The notes beneath the pieces are model-generated. The model was not told the DNA's origin and did not search any database. It was given only the letters and a program-made list of their open reading frames with translations. Positions 37,591 through 51,076 of a stretch of DNA of 64,000 bases are shown here, piece by piece. The stretch lies in NCBI GenBank assembly GCA_951812345.1, contig OX638295.1:2542965-2606964 (forward strand), in the 5' to 3' direction. Source of the stretch: Rhodothermales bacterium. Its GTDB lineage: Bacteria; Bacteroidota; Rhodothermia; Rhodothermales; VXPQ01. Numbering within the stretch: the stretch's first letter is position 1; each line of letters begins with the position of its first letter. The position numbers and the translations under genes are program-made.

Positions 37591-37605
37591 TGATCCTGTA
37601 GCGCC

Positions 37606-38955
37606 TCAGAGCGTCCAGGGCGCCCGCATGGGCCGTCCGAGCATCTCGTTGGCCGAAGCGTCGTCAAGCACCACTTCCCGGTCCGGATCCCATCTCAGAT
37701 CACGGCCCAACTGCATAGCGATATTGCCAAGGTGAGCAATGGAAATCGAGCGGTGCGCCTCCTCGATCGGGGCTATCGGTTCGGTACCGGCGATCACGCT
37801 GTCGATGAAGTCCTGATGATGATTGTCGCTGTGATACAGGCGGGTATCCTGATCGCTCAGGATGGTGCTCCAGATGGCCGGGTCGGAAACCTCATGGCCT
37901 CCGCGAGACACAAATATCCATCCGTCGTCCCCTTCGAAACGAACGCCTCTCTGCTCATCGCTGGTGACGATCATGGTCACCCCATTGGCGTATTCGGCCT
38001 CGAAGTAATATTCCGTGGCGGTATTCCACAAATCGTTCTCCGGGAAGGTACCCTTGGCATTGCGGATGGCTATCGGGCCGGTTCGGGCCGTTCCCATGCC
38101 CCACTGCGCAATGTCGGGATGATGCCCGCCCCAGTCCGTCACTTGCCCGCCGGAGTAATCAAGAATCCAGCGGAAATTGACGTGGCACCGCGCAGGGCTG
38201 TATTCCGCTTCCGGAGCGGGGCCAAGCCAGAGGTCATAGTTGAAGCCTTCGGGCACCGGCTCCGGCTCTTTCCGGTCGCCGGTTTCGCCGAAGTCCGGCT
38301 GTCCCGGCGGGAGGCCGCATCGCACCGTGCGTAATGTGCCGATCCGTCCGTTCAACACGAGCTCGCAGGCATGACGGAAACGCTCGTTGGAGCGCTGCTG
38401 ACTACCGGTCTGGAACACAACCCCTGCCTCCTTTACGGCATCGCTCATGGCCCGCCCTTCCTTGACGGTAAGCGAGAGGGGTTTTTCCCCGTAAATGTGC
38501 TTGCCGGCGCGCGCGGCGGCGATCACCGGAATGGCGTGCCAGTGGTCCGGCGTGGAAACCACGACTGCATCGATATCGTCGCGGGCCAGCAACTCTCGAA
38601 AATCTTCGTACCCCTCGCAGGCAGAGTATTTCCCGGAGCGTATCTGCTTGCTGTGGGTAAAATTCACTAACTGCTGTGCAGGTTCTCTGCCCGCGTAGCC
38701 GCCGTTCCAGTACCCGTAGCTCGCCCGGTTTACGTCGCAGACGGCCGCAATCTGTACCTGCTCGTTTCCGAGGAATCGTCTCACATGCCCGGTTCCCATA
38801 TTGCCCGTGCCGATGAATCCGAGCGTTATGCGATCGCTGGGGGCCGGACGGCTGGCGCGTCCGAGGGCAGACGCCGGGACAATGCTGGGTAGAGCAAGCC
38901 CTCCGGCAAGGAGTGCGCCTGTCTTCAAGAAGTCGCGTCGATTTTTGGATTTCAT
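37606..38955 (-). CDS. Gfo/Idh/MocA-family oxidoreductase with TAT signal
   Basis: The leader is MKSKNRRDFLKTGALLAGGLALP. The Rossmann region is ITLGFIGTGNMG. The start is chosen at M17 of the track ORF. Confidence 0.85.
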   Translation of the reverse strand: MKSKNRRDFLKTGALLAGGLALPSIVPASALGRASRPAPSDRITLGFIGTGNMGTGHVRRFLGNEQVQIAAVCDVNRASYGYWNGGYAGREPAQQLVNFTHSKQIRSGKYSACEGYEDFRELLARDDIDAVVVSTPDHWHAIPVIAAARAGKHIYGEKPLSLTVKEGRAMSDAVKEAGVVFQTGSQQRSNERFRHACELVLNGRIGTLRTVRCGLPPGQPDFGETGDRKEPEPVPEGFNYDLWLGPAPEAEYSPARCHVNFRWILDYSGGQVTDWGGHHPDIAQWGMGTARTGPIAIRNAKGTFPENDLWNTATEYYFEAEYANGVTMIVTSDEQRGVRFEGDDGWIFVSRGGHEVSDPAIWSTILSDQDTRLYHSDNHHQDFIDSVIAGTEPIAPIEEAHRSISIAHLGNIAMQLGRDLRWDPDREVVLDDASANEMLGRPMRAPWTL

Positions 38956-39007
38956 GACGTTTCGGGGTCTATGGGCGGGACATTCCAACTGAAAAGGTAA
39001 CACTTAG

Positions 39008-39040
39008 GGATACTCTGATCAAGACCGCTTCGCTCAGCAC
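39008..39040. repeat. GGATAC-TIR element, left-end fragment
   Basis: GGATACTCTGATCAAGACCGCTTCGCTCAGCAC matches the first 33 nt of the family. Confidence 0.6.
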
Positions 39041-39047
39041 GTACGCA

Positions 39048-39566
39048 TCAGGCGTCCGCACCGCCAGCCAGGGCAGCGAGCGCCTCTCCCGTCACGCGCA
39101 TGGTCGTCCATTCGTTCATCGATTCGGCGCCGAGCCGCTCGTAAAGCCGGATGGCGTTTTCGTTCCAATCCAGGACGGACCATTCAAGGCGTCCGCATCC
39201 GCGCGCGACCGCCAGATCGGCCACCTGCGTAAGAAACGCCGTGCCGAAGCCGCGCCCGCGCCAGACAGGATCCACATAGATGTCTTCCAGATAAATGCCG
39301 GGCTTCGCCAGGAAGGTGGAGTAATTGTGGAAGAAGAGCGCAAAGCCCACCGGAGCGCCCTCGAATTCGCCGATAAGCACTTCGGCGTATGCGCGGGGTC
39401 CGAACAGGGTATTCCGGAGCGCTTCTTCCGTGGCCAGACATTCGTGCTCGAGCCGCTCGAATCTGGCCAGCCCCAGGATAAATGCATGGATGAGCGGCAC
39501 ATCGTCCCGACTGGCGGGCCGAATGGTAAAACCCGGAATAGGCGTCCGGGGAGTAGTTTCATGCAT
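39048..39566 (-). CDS. GNAT-family N-acetyltransferase
   Basis: 172 aa. The acetyl-CoA motif is DIYVDPVWRGRGFGTAFL... Confidence 0.85.
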   Translation of the reverse strand: MHETTPRTPIPGFTIRPASRDDVPLIHAFILGLARFERLEHECLATEEALRNTLFGPRAYAEVLIGEFEGAPVGFALFFHNYSTFLAKPGIYLEDIYVDPVWRGRGFGTAFLTQVADLAVARGCGRLEWSVLDWNENAIRLYERLGAESMNEWTTMRVTGEALAALAGGADA

Positions 39567-39619
39567 GGTAGTATAAGGCTATGCCGACACACCCGTTCGG
39601 CCGCAACGCGGACGACAAT

Positions 39620-41806
<2,187 letters not shown>

Positions 41807-42198
41807 TCAAATACGTGTTTTTCGTCGACAAATGCGGGTTCCGATGCGCGCGGGACCCTGTATCCGGAAAGGATACTCCTTGAAATACGGGTCACCCGCG
41901 CATCGTTGTGCATTCAGTACTACGAAAAGCGTACCGGAAGCCCATTTTATGACAATTTGGCAGAGTGCGAAGGAGGGTGGATCGTATCTGCATGTTCGCT
42001 GATCGTTTGGTGGGGACGTTTACAGGGCAAGCATTAGGAACGCCCGAATACAGCGCCTCGTACCAGATAGAAAGGACCGCCCGTCGAATACAGGCGCTAC
42101 GGAATGTTGCGGAAGCCTCGATATTGCGCCAGCTGGTCCGCCAGACCCGAACGACAAACTTCCCGATTGATTTCAGGCAGCCCGGGAGCAAACAAGCC

Positions 42199-42480
42199 AT
42201 GAAAAACGTACCGGCGGAAGAAGATGCCTGGTGGCGTCATTTTCAGGAGCTTCTGGATGAGCAGATCGATTTTCCGGACGAGTATGTGTTCAAGTTCATC
42301 GTGCCTTCCCGCAGTTTGAACGCTCTCAAGAATATCTTTGGACAGCACCCGGTTACGGTGCGGGCGTCATCCAAAGGGCGGTATCTCAGCGTCACAGCGA
42401 AAATGGAAATGCATTCCAGCGATGAAATCGTCGCGTTGTACCAGGCCGCGGCAAAAGTGGAGCAGATCATGATGCTCTGA
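42199..42480 (+). CDS. DUF493 (YbeD-like) family protein
   Basis: 93 aa. ...FPDEYVFKFIVPS...VTVRASSKGRYLSVTAKMEMHSSDEIVALYQ resembles the YbeD pattern. The start is chosen at MKNVPAEE within track ORF 41965-42480. Confidence 0.6.
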   Translation: MKNVPAEEDAWWRHFQELLDEQIDFPDEYVFKFIVPSRSLNALKNIFGQHPVTVRASSKGRYLSVTAKMEMHSSDEIVALYQAAAKVEQIMML

Positions 42481-42581
42481 AATAGCGGCTAAAATGAGTA
42501 AAAAAGGCGCAAAAAAGGTATAGAATAAGGTGTAAAAAAGTATAGAAAAGGCGCTTTTTAGTACTTCTTCCGCAAAACGCT

Positions 42582-43622
42582 ATGAAACTGACATTCAGAT
42601 GGTATGGCCCCGGCGATCCGGTATCCCCGGCGTACATCCGGCAAATTCCCCGCATGACGGGAATTGTGAGTTCGCTCCGGGATTGTGCGCCGGGCGAGGT
42701 ATGGCCGCGGGAAAGCGTGCGCGCGCTACGGAAAACGATCGAGGGGGCGGGCCTGCGTTTCTCGGTGGTGGAATCGATCAACATACACGAAGACATCAAA
42801 CTGGGCCGGCCGGGCCGTGACGCCTTGATTGCCCGGTACGGGCAAAGCGTGGAAGCGGTGGCTGCGGAAGGCGTGCCGGTCATCTGCTACAATTTCATGC
42901 CGGTTTTCGACTGGCTGCGTACGGATCTGGCGATGCTCCAACCGGATGGATCGACTGCGTTGCGGTTCGATCAGAAGGATATGGAAGCCATCGATTTTTC
43001 CGAGGGAACGCAAGATCTGCCGGGGTGGCACGCCGCCTATACGGGCGAAGAAATCACCGCATTGCGCGCCGCGTACGCTGAAGTCTCGGAAGAAGATCTG
43101 TGGAACAATCTGGCGTATTTCCTGGAACGCATCGTGCCTGTAGCCGAACGGGCCGGCGTGCGTCTTGCCATTCACCCCGACGATCCGCCCTGGTCCGTGG
43201 CGGGATTCCCGCGCATTATCACGAGCGGCGGCGCACTGAAACGGGTTACGCAACTGGTGAACAGCGAAGCGAACGGCGTGACGCTGTGCACCGGTTCGCT
43301 GGGCGCAAATCCCGCCGAAGCCGCCCGGCTGCCGGAGACGATTCGTTCGCTGGCGGGACGCATTCATTTTGTGCATGCGCGCAACGTCACCCATCTGGGA
43401 GACCGGTCTTTCCAGGAGAGCGTACATCCCGATGGCGATGTGGATATGGCGGCCGTGATGGAGGCCCTGCTGGAGATCGGATTCGACGGGCCGGGCCGGC
43501 CGGATCACGGGCGTATGATCTGGGGAGAAGAAGGGCTGGCGGGATACGGTTTGTACGACCGCGCGCTGGGAGCCGCGTACATGGCCGGCCTGTGGGACGC
43601 TACCGTGCGCAGCACAGCCTGA
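42582..43622 (+). CDS. uxuA: Mannonate dehydratase
   Basis: MKLTFRWYGPGDPVSPAYIRQIP... and ...IHFVHARNV... are UxuA hallmarks. Confidence 0.85.
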   Translation: MKLTFRWYGPGDPVSPAYIRQIPRMTGIVSSLRDCAPGEVWPRESVRALRKTIEGAGLRFSVVESINIHEDIKLGRPGRDALIARYGQSVEAVAAEGVPVICYNFMPVFDWLRTDLAMLQPDGSTALRFDQKDMEAIDFSEGTQDLPGWHAAYTGEEITALRAAYAEVSEEDLWNNLAYFLERIVPVAERAGVRLAIHPDDPPWSVAGFPRIITSGGALKRVTQLVNSEANGVTLCTGSLGANPAEAARLPETIRSLAGRIHFVHARNVTHLGDRSFQESVHPDGDVDMAAVMEALLEIGFDGPGRPDHGRMIWGEEGLAGYGLYDRALGAAYMAGLWDATVRSTA

Positions 43623-43729
43623 CAAACGCTGCGAAACGCGCTCTGAGCGGGGGGCTGCATGCCGGGCACTCCACGGCAGGCGCGTATCGCGTATCTTTAT
43701 GGTCGAGTATGCCTCGATAATGCAGGCCC

Positions 43730-45790
<2,061 letters not shown>

Positions 45791-45812
45791 TCCGACCTTT
45801 CGCTGCAGTTAA

Positions 45813-45960
45813 GGATGCTCTGATCAAGTCCACTTCGATCAGCGCTTCACTTTCACGCGTAAAGGACGATATGCTTGCATCGTTGAAACCAGCGAAAAAC
45901 ACGGCGGATTCGGGTTGTCTCGGCCATGAAGCGCCCTTCGGGAGGCTGAAAGAGGGGCGC
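45813..45960. repeat. GGATAC-TIR element, left end + core (no right TIR)
   Basis: GGATGCTCTGATCAAGTCCACTTCGATCAGCGCTTCAC...GAAGCGCCCTTCGGGAGGCTG aligns with the family core. Confidence 0.7.
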
Positions 45961-45998
45961 TATAAGAAGAAAAACGCCCTCGCATGGGAAGGATCGGG

Positions 45999-46709
45999 TC
46001 ACACCGGCGAATGTAGAGCCGCCGTGGCATCCGAAAGAATCACCGTCTCCCGAAGCCCGCGGATATGCGAGGCGGGCAGGGCCGGGTCGTTGTCGAGGAC
46101 GCGCCGAAGCGTTTCCCGCTTGGCCGCCCCCGCAACCATAAACACCACCGTGTCCGCCCGATTGAGCACGGCCGGAGTGAGCGTGATCCGTTCTCTCGGC
46201 GGCCTGTAGGCAGGCCCCTCTACGGCCACGGCCCACCGGTCCGGCGCCGGGGCATATCCCGGAAAGAGCGAAGCCGTGTGTCCATCCTCCCCGATCCCGA
46301 GCAAAGCAAGGTCGAAGGTTTTGCCCTGGGCAGGGCCGAAGCATTCCCGCAGAATGGCTTCGTAGTCGTCCGCAGCGGCTTCGGGCGTGTCGAGCGAGGT
46401 GTTTACCGGATACAGATTCGCCTCCGAAATCGGCACGCGGTCGACGAACAGGCGGCGGGCCGCCCAAAAATTATTGCCGGGATGATCTTCAGGTACAAAC
46501 CGCTCGTCGGCCCAGAACAATCGGATGTCGGACCATGGCAACGAGCGTCCTTCCGTGCTGCCAAGCAACGAAAAAAGGCCCTCCGGCGTCGATCCGCCGG
46601 AAAGACAAATACTGCACGGCGCGCCTGCGTCCGCCTTTACGCGAAGCATGCACAAGGCCGCATGACTCAGCGCATCGAGGTGCTCGTACGTTTCCAGCCG
46701 TCGTTTCAT
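45999..46709 (-). CDS. pgl: 6-phosphogluconolactonase
   Basis: 236 aa. ...ICLSGGSTPEGLF... and ...LGIGEDGHTASLFPG... are the family motifs. It lies 13 nt downstream of zwf. Confidence 0.85.
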   Translation of the reverse strand: MKRRLETYEHLDALSHAALCMLRVKADAGAPCSICLSGGSTPEGLFSLLGSTEGRSLPWSDIRLFWADERFVPEDHPGNNFWAARRLFVDRVPISEANLYPVNTSLDTPEAAADDYEAILRECFGPAQGKTFDLALLGIGEDGHTASLFPGYAPAPDRWAVAVEGPAYRPPRERITLTPAVLNRADTVVFMVAGAAKRETLRRVLDNDPALPASHIRGLRETVILSDATAALHSPV

Positions 46710-46722
46710 GGAAGGCCGCGCC

Positions 46723-48129
46723 TCACGAAGCGGAATTCGGACCCGTCGATCCGGGAGCGTACGGATGCACCGGCAAGCTGGCTTCGAGAACCGGCGTGTA
46801 GAGCCGCCACGAGTTGATCACTTCGTCGGCATGCACGAACAGCGTCTGGTCTCCCTGGATCACATCGCCAAGCAGCGTTTCGTAGGCTTCCGGGAGATCG
46901 CCGAACACCTCGTCGTAGCGGAAGCGGAGCCTTCTCGGAGTCAGCCTGAGCGGCATGCGAGGCTGCTTGACGTCAAAGTGCAGGTTGAACCCTTCGTCCG
47001 GTTGCAACGTGATTTCGAGGATGTTGGGGCGGACGTTGCAGGTATCCTCGTAGGGCCGGAAGAGCGAGACCGGGGCCGGCTGAAACCGGATCGCAATGCG
47101 GGTGCGCTTTTCGGGCATGCGCTTGCCTGTTTCGAGAGTAAACGGAACGCCTCGCCAACGCCAGTTGGCGATCTCCATGCGCAGGCGGACGAACGTTTCG
47201 GTAGTGGACCCGTCCGGCACCCCCGTTTCCTCGCGGTATGCCCGTACGGGCTCGCCGTCCACTTCGCCGGCGGCATACTGGCCCAGCAGCACATCCTCGG
47301 GGCGGAGCGGAACGATGGATTCCAGCACCTTTATTTTTTCCTGCCGGATGGAGTCGGCATCGAACCGGGCGGGCGCCTCCATCGCAACCAGCGAGAGCAA
47401 CTGCGTAATATGGTTCTGCACCATGTCCCGCAACGCCCCCGACTGGTCGTAATATCCCGCGCGCGTTTCCACGCCCAGGTCTTCGTGCACCTGGATATCG
47501 ACCCGTTCGATCTGCCCCCGGTGCCATACGCTCTCGAAAAGCGCATTGCCGAACCGGAAAACCAGTAGGTTCTGTACGGTTTCCTTTCCGAGATAGTGAT
47601 CGATGCGAAATATCTGGGATTCGGAGAAATACCGGTGTACGAGATCGTTCAGCGCATGGGCCGACGTCAGATCGTGCCCGAACGGCTTTTCGATGACGAG
47701 CCGCGCCCAGCCTGGCGTCTCGTGGAGATTGGCCTGCCCGAGGGCTTCGATGGTTCCGGGGAACGTCTTTGGGGGCAGAGCAAGATAAAAAACCCGGTTG
47801 CCGGGCAGACCGCATTCCTTTTCGATGGAGGCAATCCGGCGCGCAAGTCCATCGTAGCCGCTGCCGCCCCCCAACGACTGGTAGAACACGTGATCATCGC
47901 ACCAGGCGGAAAGATCGGAGCCCTCCGGATGCCGCTCGTGCAGTGCGTCGCGGACACTGTCCCGGAAAGCTGCATCGGACATATCGGACCGGGCCACGCC
48001 GAGAATGTGGCAACAGCGCAGTTCGTTATGCCGCTCCATGAGATGGAACAGGGCGGGCGCCAGTTTGCGCGACGTCAGATCGCCGCTGGCGCCGAGGATA
48101 ACGAAAAGGTGAGGTTGGAAAGAGCGCAT
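46723..48129 (-). CDS. zwf: Glucose-6-phosphate 1-dehydrogenase
   Basis: The NADP site is FVILGASGDLTSRKL and the active-site motif is RIDHYLGKE. Confidence 0.95.
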   Translation of the reverse strand: MRSFQPHLFVILGASGDLTSRKLAPALFHLMERHNELRCCHILGVARSDMSDAAFRDSVRDALHERHPEGSDLSAWCDDHVFYQSLGGGSGYDGLARRIASIEKECGLPGNRVFYLALPPKTFPGTIEALGQANLHETPGWARLVIEKPFGHDLTSAHALNDLVHRYFSESQIFRIDHYLGKETVQNLLVFRFGNALFESVWHRGQIERVDIQVHEDLGVETRAGYYDQSGALRDMVQNHITQLLSLVAMEAPARFDADSIRQEKIKVLESIVPLRPEDVLLGQYAAGEVDGEPVRAYREETGVPDGSTTETFVRLRMEIANWRWRGVPFTLETGKRMPEKRTRIAIRFQPAPVSLFRPYEDTCNVRPNILEITLQPDEGFNLHFDVKQPRMPLRLTPRRLRFRYDEVFGDLPEAYETLLGDVIQGDQTLFVHADEVINSWRLYTPVLEASLPVHPYAPGSTGPNSAS

Positions 48130-48187
48130 ACAGTTCGGGCGGTACCGTTAAACCGGGCAAGCGGTGCTCCGCCGATGGGGGATTGCC

Positions 48188-48415
48188 TTACGCATAACCG
48201 CCTGCCGCGATACGGTCAAGGTACGCATGGACATGGCTCGCTTTGCCTTCCCGAACAAGTTGGCTTGGAGTCATGCCCCCGAATCCCTGCATCGGTTCGG
48301 AGCGAAACCAGACATACGCCAACCAAAGAGAACCGGTTTGCGTTTTCACCCGCTTGAGAATCCCCAGCATTTCCCGGATTCTTGCAGTTTCTGACAAAAT
48401 ATCCGATGGTCGCAT
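48188..48415 (-). CDS. DUF2384 (Xre/MbcA/ParS-type antitoxin C-terminal domain) protein, short and orphan
   Basis: ...WLAYVWFRSEPMQGFGGMTPSQLVREGKASHVHAYLDRIAAGGYA matches the toxin-binding domain pattern. There is no RES-type partner next to it. Confidence 0.5.
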   Translation of the reverse strand: MRPSDILSETARIREMLGILKRVKTQTGSLWLAYVWFRSEPMQGFGGMTPSQLVREGKASHVHAYLDRIAAGGYA

Positions 48416-48484
48416 GTCGTGCTTCTATACTGTTCCGTTGAAAAATAGGGGCTTTCGCTTGAAAAATCCCAGGAACCCTTTCCC

Positions 48485-49399
48485 CTACGACGCCTCCGTC
48501 CGGGATTCGTTCAGCAACCAGTCGATCAGACGCTCTGCATAGTTCGAGGTAAGCCAGGGACCGTGCGAGCCCTCGTTGATCCTCCAGAGCTCGACCGTAA
48601 TTCCGTCCTGGCAGCCCTCACGATAGCGAATGCGGTCGGTTTCCGCACCGGCGTGGGCATTGTCGATATCGATGGAGGAAAGTTCTTCGGCGCTGGAAAG
48701 ATCGCATCCCGCACGTTCGGCCCAGCGCTCCACCACATCCTCCGCGCCGGCGTATCCGGTGCCTTCGGTAGTTCCTGCATAGAGAATGATGTCGTCGTCG
48801 GTGCCGTGGATGTGCAGTACGGAAACCGGCGGCGCCTCCTCGCAACGGGTTGGATCCAGAAACGAGGTACCCGCAAGCGGAGCGATCGCGGTCAGACCCG
48901 GAAAACCTTCACAGGCAAGGCGGTAGGACATGAATCCTCCGTTTGAGTGTCCGACCGAAAAGATGCGGTCCACCTGGATATACTCGCCTGCCTCTTCGAT
49001 GAGGCTGGAGAGATAGCCCACGTCATCCACGTCGGACTCGAAAAAGTCGCAGCAGAAGTCTGTGGCGTTCCAGAAGCGTACGCCGCTGGGATCGCGCGTG
49101 CCGGCAGGCAGGATCAGTGCAAAGTTGTCGGCGTCGACCCGTTCGGAAAGGCCCCAATATGCATCATGGTCCGCGGGATTTCCCGAATAACCGTGCAGAC
49201 TGAGTACGACAGGAAGGGGACCCATGACATCGTACCCCATAGGCAGTTTCAGGGTAGCGGGACGGTCGCCGCCTATGGTATACACCGTTTGCTGCGTGAC
49301 GGGTTCGGGCAGAATTTCTTCCTGCATCGACTTGCTGCAACCGGCCAGCAGGAAGGCCGGAAGGATACAGGCAAGAAGCGAACGAGGCGCCAGCGGCAT
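48485..49399 (-). CDS. Alpha/beta-hydrolase esterase lipoprotein (PHB-depolymerase/LpqC-like)
   Basis: The lipobox is LLAGCS and the nucleophile elbow is GHSNGG. The His region is LHIHGTDDD. Confidence 0.7.
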   Translation of the reverse strand: MPLAPRSLLACILPAFLLAGCSKSMQEEILPEPVTQQTVYTIGGDRPATLKLPMGYDVMGPLPVVLSLHGYSGNPADHDAYWGLSERVDADNFALILPAGTRDPSGVRFWNATDFCCDFFESDVDDVGYLSSLIEEAGEYIQVDRIFSVGHSNGGFMSYRLACEGFPGLTAIAPLAGTSFLDPTRCEEAPPVSVLHIHGTDDDIILYAGTTEGTGYAGAEDVVERWAERAGCDLSSAEELSSIDIDNAHAGAETDRIRYREGCQDGITVELWRINEGSHGPWLTSNYAERLIDWLLNESRTEAS

Positions 49400-49511
49400 C
49401 GGGGCAAAAGGAAAGGTCGGAAGGAATTCGATCCCGGTTTTCAGGAGAAGCAGTGCGGGTGCAGGGGCTTGCTCTTATAATACGGATACGGACACAATGC
49501 CTGCACAGCCG

Positions 49512-50162
49512 TTACCCCACATAACGGACCACCGTATCGAACGGCAGTTTTTCGATGTCCGGCACTTCGGTGTCCTGACTCGGATAGCCCGCTACGAGCA
49601 GCAGGAACGGCGTTTCGTTGCGCGGCCTGTCCAGAATCTCGTTCAGAAAACCCATGGGGCTGGGCGTGTGCGTAAGGGTGGCGACGCCCGCATGGTGTAG
49701 CGCCGCGATCAAAAAACCTGTGGCAATGCCCACCGATTCCGACGTGTAATAGTTCTTGATGCGTTTGCCGTCCTTGCCCAAACCATAGCGTTCGAGAAAG
49801 ATAGCGATAAGCACCGGAGCCTCTTCAAGGAACGGTTTGTGTTCGTTCGTTTCGAACGGGACCAGCGCTTCCAGCCACTCGGGGGTAGCCCGCCGGGTGT
49901 AGAATTCATGCTCCTCGGCTTCCGCCGCCGTGCGGATTTTGGACTTGATCCCGGCGTCGCGCACCACCACGAAGCGCCATGGCTGGCGATTCGCGCCGCT
50001 CGGCGCAGAGGACGCAACGAGTAACGCAGCGTCGAGCACTTCGTCCGGGATAGGCCGGGTATCGAAATGGCGGACGGTGCGGCGGCGCACCATGTCTTCC
50101 GCGAAGCGCTGCGCGCGCTCGATCGCCTCGTCCGGAGAGTAGGAAACAGGCTGGAGTTTCAT
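49512..50162 (-). CDS. Nitroreductase-family flavoprotein
   Basis: RRTVRHFDTRPIPDEVLDAALLVASSAPSGANRQPWRFVVV is the nitroreductase N-terminal signature. Confidence 0.8.
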   Translation of the reverse strand: MKLQPVSYSPDEAIERAQRFAEDMVRRRTVRHFDTRPIPDEVLDAALLVASSAPSGANRQPWRFVVVRDAGIKSKIRTAAEAEEHEFYTRRATPEWLEALVPFETNEHKPFLEEAPVLIAIFLERYGLGKDGKRIKNYYTSESVGIATGFLIAALHHAGVATLTHTPSPMGFLNEILDRPRNETPFLLLVAGYPSQDTEVPDIEKLPFDTVVRYVG

Positions 50163-50398
50163 GATAGCGGGTGAGGTTTTCCGGACAGATAAGACAAAAA
50201 GTGACCGTTAAAACGGTTTGACGGTCAGAAGTGTCCGGGAAACGGATACTGCGCCAAAAAGCATACAATCTGGCGCACGGCAGGGGTTAATGCACCACAT
50301 GTGTCGTACAAACGATCTTGTGCGCCACTTTGACGGAAAAGTGTCGCATAAATTCATTTATGCGTCATAGGCGTCGATCAAAATACCCGCCCCCCGCC

Positions 50399-50911
50399 TC
50401 AAAGATACCGCTCCCGCAAAACCCCAAGATGATGTTGCGTATGTCCTGTGGTGATCCAGGCTATGCTCCGTACGGAAAACTCGCAACCGCTGGCGTGTCC
50501 GCGGCGATCCCATGCGTCATCCGGCAGCCCCTTGAAAAGTAATACGGTGGCATGCCGCGCCGCATCCCACTCTTCGACCAGTTCCGCAAGGGCTCGCTCA
50601 TCCGCGCCCGACGCAGCAACGTATTCGTTCTCGTCGAATCCCGGATAATGCGCCTTGTCGCCCCGGGCAAAGGCCATGGCCCGCATCGCGAACATCCGCT
50701 CGCTGTCGATCAGGTGCCCCACCATCTCGCGCACCGACCACTTGCCCGGCGCATAGCGATACCGCTCGCGGTCGGGAGACACGTCTGCCGTCACACGGGC
50801 AAGGTCATTCCGCTGCGCATCGAGCGTAGCCATGATCGGACCGTCCGGGGCTTCCATTATGTACGGTCGATAGAAATCGGCGTATTCGTCGCTATGGGGT
50901 CTGCGTTGCAT
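50399..50911 (-). CDS. DinB-family protein
   Basis: It reads as a four-helix DinB_2 pattern (...KWSVREMVGHLIDSERMF..., ...WITTGHTQHHLGVL). The start is chosen at M18 of track ORF 50399-50962. Confidence 0.7.
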   Translation of the reverse strand: MQRRPHSDEYADFYRPYIMEAPDGPIMATLDAQRNDLARVTADVSPDRERYRYAPGKWSVREMVGHLIDSERMFAMRAMAFARGDKAHYPGFDENEYVAASGADERALAELVEEWDAARHATVLLFKGLPDDAWDRRGHASGCEFSVRSIAWITTGHTQHHLGVLRERYL

Positions 50912-51076
50912 AGTATTAGCCGATATTACGCCAAATGACACGGGATGCGAATTACGCAGCACAAAGGCCCTGCATGAAATTTCGAATCGGACGAAAGGCT
51001 TCGTGATCCAGATTCCAATAGCCGCCGTAATACGCCTGTCAAGCGACGGGCGTTCTCCCGCCCATCGGTTCCTCTT

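Noticed and set aside
37475-37735. An 86-aa plus-strand ORF
   Set aside because: It reads straight through the intrinsic terminator hairpin and into the antisense of the oxidoreductase gene, with implausible composition.
41879-41910. CTTGAAA heptamer upstream region between clpB and the DUF493 gene, considered as a sigma32 heat-shock promoter
   Set aside because: It is on the strand pointing away from clpB. The downstream CCCCAT-like box is at the wrong spacing (~9 nt instead of 13-15).
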